Origin: Lama guanicoe
Taxonomy: Eukaryota
Assembly: GCA_013239625.1 (NCBI GenBank)
Contig: MU053881.1
Coordinates: 2,108,001-2,172,000 of the forward strand
Length of the DNA stretch: 64,000 nt
Reading direction: 5' to 3'
Shown: positions 12,441 through 25,231 of the stretch, piece after piece
Position numbering within the stretch: position 1 is the first letter of the stretch
Layout: each line of letters begins with the position of its first letter
Translations under genes and position numbers: made by a program
Notes under the pieces: generated by a model
The model's database searches: none
What the model saw: only the letters and a program-made list of their open reading frames with translations
Told to the model about the DNA's origin: nothing

Positions 12441-12582
12441 TTTATTTACTTTTTTAAAAAAATTTTGTTCAGGGGGAGGTAATTAGGCTTATTTTTTATT
12501 TTTTGATGGAGGTACTGGGGATTGAACCCAGGACCTCGTGCACGTTACGCATGCACTCTACCACTGAGCTATACCATCCCCC
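12441..12582 (-). mobile_element. tRNA-derived SINE (Vic-1-like), young copy
   Basis: Near-consensus head on minus strand; perfect 17-bp TSD CAACTTTACTCAATCTT 12424-12440 / 12583-12599. Confidence 0.93.
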
Positions 12583-12829
12583 CAACTTTACTCAATCTTA
12601 AAAGCTTTTTTCATTTGCCTTTGAAAAGAACACCTAAAACCAAATATACACATGTCCACAAAAATGCAAAATGGCCTCTTAATATAGGATCAGACCAACC
12701 AAATATGCTCTGACATTCTGTAATTTCTAAGTATATGTGCATTGATGTTAAGTATTACAATAAGGTTTGTTTTTAAGACCCCTATTTCCTGGGTTCAACC
12801 CTATTTTAGAATTGACTGAAATAACATAC

Positions 12830-12939
12830 CTTTTTAGTAAGACCAAGATCCCCTTTCTTGGGCATAAATCCAGGGTCTAAATCATTGGATTCAAGAAGTT
12901 TCTTAGTTGGCTTTCTCTGACGCTTACTTTCATAATTTC
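12830..12939 (-). CDS. NSD1: NSD1 coding exon (exon 8 equivalent)
   Basis: (G)NYESKRQRKPTKKLLESNDLDPGFMPKKGDLGLTKK; ttttcag| ... AAG|gtatgt; 110 nt. Confidence 0.96.
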
Positions 12940-14117
12940 CTGAAAAGCATATATCTTTTCATTAGGTGATTCAGAAACTGGGCACAAGCTAATTTAAAAA
13001 AATTCTATACATCATGCAAAAATTGGTCACATTTTAATGTTTTTCTTATCATTTTGTGGGAAGGGACAGGGTAGGAATTTATCTATTCTAAAATATTAGT
13101 TAATGGAAGTGTGTATCTGTAGACTTATAAAAAATACATGTGTTTTTTTTTTAATCACAAAAGAACTAAGGGAGAACTCAAAAGGGTAGAACTGCCTTTA
13201 AAGCAACTAATTGGTGGTAAGAATGAAAGAAGGAGAAATGAGGTAGAGTCTAAATTCTGGGCATAAATGGACCAGGATTAGAATTTTTGTTCTGCTTCTA
13301 AATAAGTAAAAGACACTTATTTACTTTCTAAGACTGCTCTTAAGAATGATATAAAAGAGCCTAATCATAGAGTTTGGCACATGGGGAATAATGAGATGGT
13401 AATTATCTTTATTATTCTCTTTGATTCTGCCTTATTTGATTAAACACAATTGGGATACCTTTATAAGGAATAGCCTCACAAACTACCATTGGGCATGTAA
13501 AAAAGTTACATCCAAAATTGTCCCTGGCTGACTACAACACTCAATTATCAGATGGTGAAATTAGAGACAGTATGTTTAAATCCAATTCTCACCAGGTAAC
13601 AGGTATTTAAAGAATTACAAAGTGAAAAGAAACTGGTTATTAACTTTAAGGGAGTATTTACACTTAGCTGCTTACTATGTGTCAGGTAAATTTCATTGTA
13701 CATTATTACCTTACAGTTTCCATTTTACACAGAGGAAACAAGTTCAGAGCTTAAACAACTTCCCAAGTTGCACAAAAATTGATGAAGTCAATATCTGAAG
13801 TGAAATTTTATGTGTTTACTCCATTAGTAAGCAGCGTCCCTCCCAAAAACCCTGTTATCCTGGGTTGACCAACAATCAGGAAGAGCAACAATGGAGTAAG
13901 GAGAATACTTTTATATATTATGTCTTCTTGGCAGTGTACCACCAGTTCAAGGTCATGAACTACGTCCAATTAGCCAGTACTTTAGGGATTTCCCAGGATG
14001 AAAGGGGGGTTTTTTGTGGTACAGAGATACACTGTCGACTTTCAATCAAAACATACTGAAGTCTTCTGCTTCCTCTAATTATATCTACTTACACATTAAG
14101 ACCCATCCCCATCTTAC

Positions 14118-14388
14118 CTGGTGCTTTAACTAGCAATTCCTCAGACTCAAGGGCAGGCCGGGGAGAGACTTCTGGAACCACAGGCACAGACAAGGTCAGC
14201 TGTGGCAACTCAGCATGTCCACCTCCAAGTTCTGACTGAGCCAAGGGCCCTTCCAAAAATGGAGCCTCCCTTTCAAGAACTGGAGGCTCTTCTTTGGTTG
14301 AAATCAAAGAATTCTCTTCCACCTGCTTGTTCTGAGCACTAGATCGACATCGGGCTAAAAGGCTTTCCTCTTCACAGCGCGAACTTAC
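14118..14388 (-). CDS. NSD1: NSD1 coding exon (exon 7 equivalent)
   Basis: VSSRCEEESLLARCRSSAQNKQVEENSLISTKEEPPVLEREAPFLEGPLAQSELGGGHAELPQLTLSVPVVPEVSPRPALESEELLVKAP; cttag| ... CAG|gtaaga; 271 nt. Confidence 0.97.
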
Positions 14389-15430
14389 CTAAGAGCAAAA
14401 AATAAAAGTAGAATCCATGGGCCAAAGTTGGTGTAATTTGAGCGTCAAAAACAACAAAGCACCTGAAAAGGAACGAAATTCTGACATTCTACAAATGGAT
14501 GAAACTTGAAGACAACATTATGCTAACCGCTATAAACCAGACATAAAAGCAGCTATAAAAATTCATTAAAGCTATAGTGATAATCATAAAAAAAAAAGAT
14601 TCCCTAACATGTCATCAATAAAAGCAGCTAATAATAAAGCTCCTAATGTTAAGTTGGTAAATTAATGAGAAAGAAATAAACTCTTATTCCGCCTTTCATG
14701 TACTTCAGGACAATAAAATGAGAAGTAGAAGAAATCATAAAATCTGAAAGACTTCATTTTGTAACCCTGAATGAAATTATTGATACAGACAAGAATCTTC
14801 AATTGCTATTTTTCAAAAGCATCAGGGAAATGGCTGACTGGGTACAGAACATACTTCTAGAATCAAAGTAATTACGCACATGCTGCTTGATCAAAAGAGG
14901 TAAAACGTAACTCAAAAGAGAGGAATCCACCATGAACTGCTGGATGTTAATACCTCCCAGTGCCACCCACTATACGACACCTAAAATGTAATCCAGCCAA
15001 ACTGTTTCAACTTGAATCAATCAAATTGTTAGTTGTAACTACCACTTAACAGGGAACACTGAGGGCAAAGAAACAAGCTTAGTGACACCTATTTTAACAA
15101 AACAATCACAAAAATCTAGAGGGCAGATACTCTAAATGTGTCACTCTCAGTACTTAGATAGGGTCATAAAAACGGGGAAGACTTTCCTCCATTTAAAGTG
15201 ATTTAAGAAATTTAACAACTACATAAAATGTGTAGCCCTAGACTGGATCTTGATTTGGATAGACTAAATGTCAAGGTTAGGAAATAACTGGGGAAATAGG
15301 AATATGGATTTGTTATTAGATAAAATGATCTTATTAGATGTGACCATGTTAAAATTGGTTATGAAGAAAAATGTTTTTTAGAAGTGCATGTTATTTAGGG
15401 ATATCAAGTCAAAATGTCTCTAATTTGCTT

Positions 15431-15759
15431 TATTTTTTTAATTAAAAAATTTTTTTGAAGTATACAATGTTGTGTCAATCTCTGGTGTACAGCACAATAC
15501 TTCACTCATATAGGAACATACATAATTTGTTTTCATATTCTTTTTCACCATAGGTTACTGCAAGGTACTGAATATATTTCCCTGTGCTATATAGTATAAA
15601 CTTGTTGTTTACTGGATTTTGTGAGAATCCTCCAGTATTTCAAAATGAGAGGCACTCTGCCAGAGTTCAGAAGGTGTTCTGTGCAATTCAACGGGTTTGT
15701 AGACGTAATTCTTGGTGTATTTGTGGGAGTCTCTCTACTCCACCATCTTGGCTCCCTCC
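15431..15759 (-). mobile_element. Internally deleted mini-L1: 5'UTR start (15759-15612) fused to 3'UTR end (15611-15431)
   Basis: Minus strand begins GGAGGGAGCCAAGATGGTGGAGTAG (L1 5' end with YY1-type CAAGATGG); 3' part matches the L1 3' end at 46579-46745 in this window; A tail; TSD 15415-15430 / 15760-15775 (13/16 identical). Confidence 0.8.
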
Positions 15760-15805
15760 TATCTCTAATTAACTTGAAAATATTTTGAGTTTAAATAAAG
15801 CAAAT

Positions 15806-15954
15806 GGTGGGGTGGGTACAGAGTGGTAGAGCGCATGCTTAGCATGCACGAGGTCCTGGGTTTAATCCCCAAGACCTCCATTAAAATAAATAAGCCAATA
15901 AATAAACCTAATTACCACCCCCAAAAATAAATAAAAATTTTAATAAATAAATAA
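15806..15954 (+). mobile_element. tRNA-derived SINE (Vic-1-like)
   Basis: GTGGTAGAGCGCATGCTTAGCATGCACGAGGTCCTGGG head, CCTAATTACC tail; TSD AAATAAAGCAAAT 15793-15805 / 15955-15967. Confidence 0.92.
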
Positions 15955-16321
15955 AAATAAAGCAAATAAGGTATTACAACATTGGTTACAAAATTAGTAT
16001 CATACTATTATTTTTCATATCCTGTATTCTTTATTAAACATTTTACCATAGCAATATTCCCAAATCCTTAAAACACATTTTGAAAGCAATGGGGGAAAGT
16101 ATATTACATACACACACATACAGTACATAGAATCATTTATACATTTCCTGTATAACTAGTATATGCTAAGTACTATGCCAGAAGCTGGAGGCAAAAAAAC
16201 TGAAAAACAAGATCCCAGTGAAGGAAATTATTGTCCCACAAAGATAAAATATGACACTGAAGGCAAAAATTACAGTATCCTCAAGGGACTGATGAAAGGT
16301 TGTTGAAATGCTGGAACATAC

Positions 16322-16446
16322 CTTGTGCACCTGTTCCTGTACTTTCTTTTGTTTTTTCTTAGGGGCAAATATTTGATCATATTCTTCTGTATATTCCAGA
16401 AGCCACTTGCTTGGCTTCCTAAGGCGTTTCTTCTCTGTCCGCACAG
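16322..16446 (-). CDS. NSD1: NSD1 coding exon (exon 6 equivalent)
   Basis: (A)VRTEKKRLRKPSKWLLEYTEEYDQIFAPKKKQKKVQEQVHK; tttag| ... AAG|gtatgt; 125 nt. Confidence 0.97.
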
Positions 16447-17339
16447 CTAAAAGACGAGAAACATGTTCAGTATTAACCAAAAGGTTAGAGGAAAACCCAA
16501 CGTTTTCATGCAGCCATCCCTGCACTCCCAAAGGTAAAGAGACAGAAAACTCTCAAAAACGTTCTGGCTTAAGCTCTTAGATGCTACAAAGATTTGCTAT
16601 GGTTTATCCAATGCAAAAGTTGGGAGGAAGAAGACTTTTTGTTGCTCTATCCACACCCACAACCCATCTGATCGTAAGGAAAAGATTAAATTGAAACTAG
16701 TGTGACAGAGCTAACGTTAGAATACAGATTCTAAATCAGGTAAATTCACAAAATACATCATGAATTAACATTTTAAACAGCATCTCTCTGGATAATGCAG
16801 AATACTGGATGAATATTCAGATAAAATATTTACTGATCAGCACTAACACGAGTTTCAAAAACATTTTACACATCACATTATGGTCATAGTGCATTTCATG
16901 TTAGAAACATCAAAAATATGTAATTAATTACATGTATACCATTATCTCAATGATGTAAAAAAAATTTGCCATGAATGCCAAAGAAAGAAAAGAAGATAAA
17001 AATATAGCATTTGGGGTACTTGCTTTCAGGTGGGAGAAGCTCTTGTAATGTTTTATGGTCGGAAGTATCATACTGTTTTTCTTTGAATTACTGAATGTGG
17101 TAATACTGGTGTTCTCTCAACAAAAGGATCACAAAAGTTGAGACCAAAACAAAAAGAAGGTCACAGCCACAACAAGCTTGGCAAAGACTCTTACTCCTTA
17201 GCACACATGGAAACAAGCCACAAAACCTTCATTAAGATAAGTTGTGGAAAATAATTCGTTTTTACTAATTCTAACTGCTGTAATTTCTTATTAGTAAATA
17301 GTTAATACATCACTTAATTTATTTAAAGTCAATGTAAAA

Positions 17340-19050
17340 GGAAGTGAACACTTATATCCACACAAAATTTTTATGGCAGCACATGAATTTTTATGGTACA
17401 TGAATTTTTATAGCAGCTTTATTTATAACTGTCAAAACTTGAAAGCAACCAAGATGTAGGTGAATGGATAAATAAACTGTGGTACATCCAAACAATGGAA
17501 TATTACTCAGCAATAAAAAGAAATGAACTATCAAAGCCATGAAAAGGCATGGAGGAACCATAAATGCCTATTATTGAATGAAAAAAAAAGCCAATCTGAT
17601 AAGTCTATATACTGTATGATTCCAACTATACAACATTCAAGAAAAGGCAAAATTACAGAGACCAAATAAAATGGCTGCCAAGCTAAGGTAAAGAATTCCA
17701 GGAACAAAAGAAAAATATGACCTTTTGAATACTGAAAGAAAACAGTAAAAGCTACAAAATTACAATGTAGATGGTGCAAACCTCAGTACATCATACACAG
17801 CAAACATGAAACTGAATAGGAGCCAAAAGATACTAAGTGGTAGTATACACCAAATGTTAACACTCGGCAAATAGACATCAATGCCTAGCACAGAACCAGG
17901 ACCTCCTGTGCAGAATGGAGATAAACTGTTCATACAGGACAAGTCTAGCAATAGCCCCAGACTACAGCATGTACACATCCCAGCTCAGATAATAAAATAC
18001 CCCCAAAACTGGAACCTCAAATGTTCACTAACTGATGAGTGGATAAGTAAAAGGTGGTATGTCCATACATTGGAATACTATTCAACAATAAAAAAGAACA
18101 ATATATGTATATATATATTTTAATTGCCCACCATCAGCTCTTGTCTCACCTCACACATGTTACAGGGTCTGGCCAGCACACAGGAACTAACGAGCCTGGT
18201 GCAGGATACTCCGGACTAAAGGCACTAGGCCTGAGGCAAAGGATTCAGAGCACTGGAGCCCCCGGAGGGTGGAGGAGGGCAGCACCCAGGGGGGCAGTCA
18301 GTGCAATGGGGGGACACAACAAGGCACTGGGCCCCCACACAAGGACGGCAAGGTCAGGGATAGAGTGAGAGAGGCAGAGGGCACAGGTGAGCAAAGCCAC
18401 TCATGTCTGAGGCCAGGGTGCCCAAGTTGTTAGGTGCACAGAATATAAAGGTCTCTAAGACACAGGGAGTGGAAAAGTTGGGTGTTCCAGGCACGGGCAC
18501 CTGGATGCCAGGTTTTCTGGCATAGGATTCCCAGAAAGTTGAGGTGCCCAGGAACAGGATGCACAGGACATGGGGTATCCAAGGGACAAGGCACAAGGTA
18601 GGATGCTCAAAGTGAGAAGCACCCTGGGGGTAAGGAGTGCATGTGGCACCTGGGACATGGGTACCTACTAGGCACGTGGCTGGACACACAGCCAAAACAA
18701 ACAAAATACTGATATGTGGCACAATATGGACAAACCACACAAACATGCTAAAAGAGCAAGACACAAAAGATCACATATTGTATGATTCCATTAATATGAA
18801 ATGTCCAGAAAAGGCAAACTATAGAGACTAGATTAGTGGTTGCCTATCACAATGAGTACAAACAGAGAAAACTGCAAATGGGATAGAGGGATCTTACGGG
18901 GATGGTGGAAATATTCTAAAACGGATTTATGGAAATTGTTGTACAACTCAGGAAATTTACTAAAAATCATCTGCTTATATGCTTAAAAGTGTGTGGATTT
19001 TATGGTATGTAAATTATACCCTGAATAAAGTTATTTAATTTAAAAAAAAG
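17340..19050 (+). mobile_element. Fragmented old L1 3'UTR remnants (L1MB-like) with inserted non-L1 segments
   Basis: L1 3'UTR motifs at 17400-17690 and 17995-18100, resuming 18694-19050. Confidence 0.7.
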
Positions 19051-19706
19051 TCTCTTTAAGACTGAATTATAAAGTTTTCTTTTCTTCTTCAAAATGGTGA
19101 ATTTTCCCAGAAAACTAGAGTACTAACAACAACATCCCTCCTCCCATACAGATTATCAGCCCCTGTCATACCCCTGCTCCCCTAGTTCTGGGACCTCAGA
19201 GACAAAAGGATTTAAAGGGGGGCAGGGTAGGGGGGAGGCTAAAACCCGAATAAGTCTTCATAATAATGGTAAGTTCCTCAGTCCAAATCTCCTGTTGAAA
19301 ACAAATTAAAATGCTGTATAAAGTGTTTTAAAACTACCTTAAAAAAAAAAAACCTATCTTAAAAGAAGCAAAGCACTGACAAAAGTATAAAGAACTACAG
19401 ACCAAAACCTAACAGCAAGTAATAACCCTGGGAAATTAGAGCACTCAAACTGATTTTTGTCCTGAGGGCTTTTTGGTGATCCTATTAAAACAGGAGGCAG
19501 AAGTTTAAAGACTAAACTAGGGCCTCAGAGTTAGAGTAAAACAGAAGTAAACCATGTCCCAACCTCTAGGAGATGACAGAAGAGGCATCTTGGCACAAAG
19601 TAGAAGGGGAGCAGGAAGGAAAAAAAGTCCTTGAGAAATTGTGACGGGTCCTCCTATGGATTTGCAGCCTGGTGGGCCAGGAAAATTCAAGCCCCCATGA
19701 AAAGAA

Positions 19707-21401
19707 AATCAATCAATTGTAATTAACATATCATATTAGAAGAATAAAGGAACTAAATAGGAATGATTATCTCAATAAGCACAGAAAAAAATATCTGACA
19801 GACTAAATACATACAGGAAGGAGCTTTCTCAACCTGAAAGACTGTCTATCAAAATCCCAGTTAACATCATAGTAAAATGGTCAAAAACCGGGTGATTTAC
19901 CCTTAAGATCAGAACAAGACAAGGATGTCTGTTCACTCTACTAATTCTCAACAATGCACTGGAGGCTCTAGCTAGGGTAATTAGGCAAGAAAAAGAAATA
20001 AAAGACACCCAGATTAGAAAGGATGAAGCAAAACTATCTCTTTTGGCTGATGACATGATCATATACATTAAAAAAAATCCTAAGGAAATCACAATAAAAT
20101 GATTAGAGCTAAAAAATGAGTTTGGGAAAGTTGTAACATACAAAATCAATATACAAAAATCAACTCTATTTCTATATACTAGCAGTGAGAAATCTAAGGA
20201 AATTCAGAAAACAATTTTACTTACAATAGCATCAAAAAAGGCTAAAATACTTAAAAGGATAAAATACTTACAAATAAGATGAACAGAAGAAGCAAAAGCC
20301 TAGTATACTGAAAACTACAAAACATCATTGAAAGAGATGAAAGACAACCTAAATTAATGGAAAGGCATCCCTTGTTCTTAGTTTGGAAAATTTAACATTG
20401 TTACAATGACAACACTGCCCCAACTAACCTACAGATTCAGCACAACCGCTTTCAAAACCTCAGCTGGCTTTTTTGCAGAAACTGACAAAATGCTCCTAAA
20501 ATTAATACAGAAATGCAAAAAATCCAGGAGCCAAAATGATCTTGAAAAAGGATAAAGTTGGAGGACTTGCACTTTTCAAAGCTAAAATAATTAATTACTA
20601 CAAAGACTGAGTAATTAAGACTTTGTGGTACTGACATAAAGATAGACTTTCATATCAATAAAAAAAGAATTGAAGGCCCAGAAAAGAATCATCACATTTA
20701 TGGTCAAATGATTTTCAAATAGGGTGCCAAGACCTTTCAGTGGGGGAAAGAATACCCTTTTCCACAATTGGTGCTGAGACAACTAGATTGGGCAACGGTT
20801 ACTTAGATGTGACACCAAAAGAATAAGCAACCAAAGAAAAAAGTAGACAAACCAGACTTTATCAAAATTAAGAATGTTTGCGCTTTAAAATATATAATCA
20901 AGAATGTAAAAGGTAAACCCACAAAATGGGAGAAAGTGTGTGCAAATCAATAATGGATGTGTAAAGAATTCTTAAAGTAAAAAAACAGATAGCTCAATTA
21001 AAAATAAGCAAAGGAAGGGGGGAGGGTATGGCTCAGCAGTAGAGTGCGTACTTGGCATGCATGAGGTCCTAGGTTCAATCCCCAGTACCTCCATTAAAAT
21101 AAATAAATAAACCTAATTACCTCCCCCCCAAAAATAGACACCTTTGCAAAATACTCTGGAAGTTCCTCAAAACTTATACATGTAATTACCAAATGACCCA
21201 GGAATTCTACTCCCAGGTATATACCCAATGGGAATAAAAATATAACCATACAGAACACTGCACGTGAATGTTCGTAACAGCATTATTCATAAAGGTCAGG
21301 GAACAGGAACAATCCAAATGTCAATCAATTGATGAAAGAATAAATAAAATATGGCTTATTCATACACTGTAATATTATTTGGCATTAAAAGACATAAAGC
21401 A
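19707..21401 (+). mobile_element. Old L1 (L1M-type) ORF2 RT/3' region, interrupted by a younger L1 and resuming ~26523-26810
   Basis: Degenerate ORF2 RT motifs (..LFADDMI.. at ~20040), typical L1 3'UTR text; many stops. Confidence 0.85.
21017..21134 (+). mobile_element. tRNA-derived SINE (Vic-1-like) nested in L1
   Basis: A/B boxes and AATAAATAAACCTAATTACCTCCCCCC tail. Confidence 0.9.
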
Positions 21402-24400
21402 AGAGTAGACAACAGCAAGAAGACAGTACAGAAAGTCCCCACATTACTTCTCTCAGAGATACCAAACTAATAATACATGCATCAATATATCTTTCTGAGT
21501 ACGCTAGAAACCAGTTAAGAAATTACAGTACCCCAGGGCAAGTGCAAAGCCAAGAACAATAGCCCTGAAATGGATTAGAAGAGCCAATTCACCTTATCTG
21601 ATGTTGCCACTCCCAAAGCAAGCACAGCTGAGCTCCTCCTCATGGCTGGGGGTGGGGGGTTATGTCCAACATTCCACCTTTTCATAGGGCTGCCCAAGGG
21701 GCAGGTTTTTGTCTAACCTGACTGGGAGCACTAACAGAGCCCACAGTGTGGACTCCTGGGCACTGAAAACATCGGAGAGTGGGCAGCATGCTGTGGAGCC
21801 AGAGGGCCTGCAACACAGACAGAGGCCAGTGCGGTTTGCTAAGACTGGGAAAAGGCACTCAACTCCTGGCTTCTCTCTACAAAGGGAGAGAGATGAGGGA
21901 GCATCTGGCAAATCAATTTTTAGAAAACTGCCCAAGGGACTAGTTATCTGTCTTGTCTGCTTCTGGGAGCTGATGAAGAGCCAGCGTGCTTCAGATAGCT
22001 GGAGGCCACAGAGAATTAAAACAAGAAAGCTCGATGCAGGAGCAACAGCTAACCTGCAGAGGTCCCCAGAATCTCTAGCAAAGCTGACTGGTAAGGCTTG
22101 CTCTGTATAAAGCCAGTCTATAAAGACTGAGAAAAGTGGTTGTTTATTCAAATGCATAAAACTCAGGGGGAAACAAAAAATCATAAAGTACATGAAGAAA
22201 TAAGGAAACATGGCCCAACAGTTCAAAATAAATTTCCAAAATTTAAACGCAAAGTAACAGATTTATGAATTATCAAAGAATTCAAAATAATTGTCTTAAA
22301 GAAGCTCCGTAAATCTACAAGAGAACACAGATAACTAAAACAAATCATGAAAAAAGCAACCCAAACAAAATTGTTTTTGAGGATACCAACAAGAGAGAAA
22401 CTATAAAAAGGAACCAAACAGAAATTCTGGAGCTAAAAAATACAATAAATGAATTGAAAAAATTAACTAAAAAGGTTCAACAACGGATTTAAGCACAGGA
22501 CAGAATCAGCAAACTCAAACACAAGTAAGTCATTTGAAATTATCAAGTCAGAGGAACAAAAAGAAAAAAGAATGAAGCAATGAGTATGACTAAGAATAAA
22601 TGATGACCCCAAACTTCCCAAATCTGAAAGAGGAAATGGGACACCCAAAATCAGAAGCTCAAGATCTCCAACCAGGATGAACTCAAAGAGGCCCACACTG
22701 ACGCATAAACTGTCAAAAGACAGAGAATCTTGAAAGCACTGAGAAAAGCAACTAGTCAAGAACAAGGGAATTCACATCAGATTATCAATGAAAACCTTAT
22801 AGGCCAGATGTGGTATGATATATTCAAAGCACTAAAATTAAAATTTCCAACCAACAATACTATATCTGGCAAAACTGCCCTTCAAAAATGAAGTTGAAAT
22901 ACTTTCTAAAACAAAAGCTGAGCTCATAACCATTAGACTTGCCTAACAGGAAACACTAAAGGGAGCTCTGCAAGTTGAAACAAAAGGATATTAGACAGCA
23001 ACCCCAAGGCATATAAAAATAGCTGATACTGACCAACACAATGCTGTAATACTATCATGGTGGTGCAAAAAGCACTTTTAAGTCTGGTATTGAATTTAAA
23101 AGACAAAACCGTAAGAAATAACTATAATTACAAAACTATGTTAATAAATACACAATATATAAAGATGTAATTTGTGTCACCAACAACAAATTGGGAATGG
23201 GGAAATGTAAAAATGTAGAGTTTTTATATACAATTGAAGTTAATTATTATCAGCTTAAAATAGACTGCTATGTTTCATGTAAGCCCTATGACAACCACAA
23301 AGAAAATGCCTACAAAAGATAAAATAAAATGAGAAAGGAATCAAAGTATATCAATATCAAAAAAAAAAGAGAGAGAACAAGAAATACTAAGGAAGGCTGC
23401 AAGAGAGAGGGACAAATTAGCTGCAACACAGAAAATAATGAACAAAATGACAATAAGTGCTTCCCTGTCAATAATTACTTTAAACGTAAATGGGTTAAAC
23501 TCCATCAAAAGACATGGGTGGCTAAATGGATTGAAAAAACAAGATGCAACTATATTCTGTCTATAAGATACATCACCTTAGATGTAAAGACACACACAGG
23601 ATGAAACTGAAAGGATTAAAAAGATATTACATGCAAACGAGAGCAGAGGTGGCTTATTAGACAAAACAGATGAGCCAAAACTATCACTAGAGACAAATAA
23701 GGACATTGTATAATGATAAAAGAATTAATTCAGCAGGAAAATAAACAATTATAAACATATCTTAGAAGGTAACAATCATAAACAATCAAAACTAAATATG
23801 TACAAAACATCAGAGCCCTCAAATATATGAAGCAAACACTTACAGAACAGCAAAAATAGACAGTAAAACAATAGTAGAGTTTAATATTTAGCTTTCAATA
23901 CTGAAGAGAACAACCAGACAGAAGATCAATATGAAAACAGAGAACTTGAGCATCATTACAAACCAACTTGACCTAACAGACAAATACAGAACACTCAACC
24001 TTACATTCTTCTTAAGTACACAGGCAACATTTTCCAGGACAGATCACATAATAGAACACAAAGTAAGTCTTAAATTTTAAAAGACTGAAATCATACCAAG
24101 TGTCTTTTCCAATCACAATGGAATAAAATTAGAAATGAATAGCAGCTGGGAAACAAAACACTCACAAAAGTGTGGAAATTAAGACGCCTGAACAACCAAT
24201 GGGTCAGAGAAGAAACCCCTCCCACCCCCAAATTAGAACATACTCTGAGACAAATGGAAGCAATAACACAATACACCAAAAACTTATGGGACTCAGCGAA
24301 AGCAGCACTAGGCGGGAAGTTTGTAGCAGGAAGTGCCTACATCAAGGAAAAGAAAGATCTTACACGAGCAACCTAAATTTACACTCACAGAACAAGAAAA

Positions 24401-24752
24401 AGAACAAACTAAACTTAAACTTAACAAAAGGAAGTAATAAATATTAGACCAGAAATAAACAAAATAGAGAATTTAAAAAATATATATCAACAAAACCAAG
24501 ACGTTTTTACAAAAAGATGGTGGAGGAGGGGAGGGGTAGGAGAGAAACAAGTAACTAAAACCAGACATTAGCGAAGACATTTCAACTGAAGCCACAGAAA
24601 CAAAAGAGAATTTTAAGAGGCTACTATGAACAATTACATGCCAACAAATTGGATGGATATGCTAGAAGAATTGGATAAACTACCCAGATTCAATCATTAA
24701 AAATAGAAAACCCAAATAGGAGATTAAATCAGACATTAAAAACCTTCCAAAA

Positions 24753-24867
24753 GGGAAGGTATAGCTCAGTGAGAGCACATGGTTAGCATGCATGAGTTCC
24801 TGGATTCTATCCCCAGTAAATGAAACAAACAAACAAACAAACAGGCAGACAGGCAGTAAAAACAAAT
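24753..24867 (+). mobile_element. tRNA-derived SINE (Vic-1-like) nested in L1 ORF2, (AAAC)n tail
   Basis: GGTATAGCTCAGTG..TTAGCATGCATGAG head; imperfect TSD around ACCT(T/C)CCAA. Confidence 0.85.
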
Positions 24868-25231
24868 AGACCTCCCAAGAAAGAAAAGCCCAGGATCAAA
24901 TGGCTTCATCGGAGAAACCTACCAAGCATTTAAAAAACAATTAAAGCCAAACCATCTCAAATTCTTCAAAAAAAAAAACTGGAGAGGAGGGGACATTTCC
25001 AAATTCATTTTATGAGGTAACCATTACTCTGATACCAAAGCCAGACAAATATACTTAAAAAAAAATACAGACTAATATCCCATATGAACACTAATGTGAA
25101 TATCCTCAACAAAGCAGCAAACTGAAATACAGCAGCACATAAAAACGATTATACACTATGACCAAGTGGAACTCATCCCTCAGATGGAAGGATGGTTCAA
25201 CAAACAAAAATCAGTAAATGTAACACAACAC

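Noticed and set aside
12510..12582. tRNA-Ala-like cloverleaf sequences (also at the other SINE heads)
   Set aside because: Each is followed by an A-rich SINE tail, often with TSDs, and has broken stems; these are SINE heads, not tRNA genes
17690..17995. Non-L1 stretch between L1 3'UTR pieces as a possible retrogene fragment
   Set aside because: No recognisable peptide in the frames examined and no clear TSD or tail
18054..18764. 104-aa and 136-aa ORFs over the GC-rich insert
   Set aside because: They start in flanking L1 sequence, are explained by low stop frequency in GC-rich DNA, and resemble no protein I know
19217..19238. G-run cluster as a G-quadruplex
   Set aside because: Only three clear runs of 3 or more G, with no contextual support
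21660..22226. 188-aa minus and 133-aa plus ORFs
   Set aside because: They lie in a decayed L1 5'UTR/ORF1 start; there is no evidence that they are an ORF0-like or host gene
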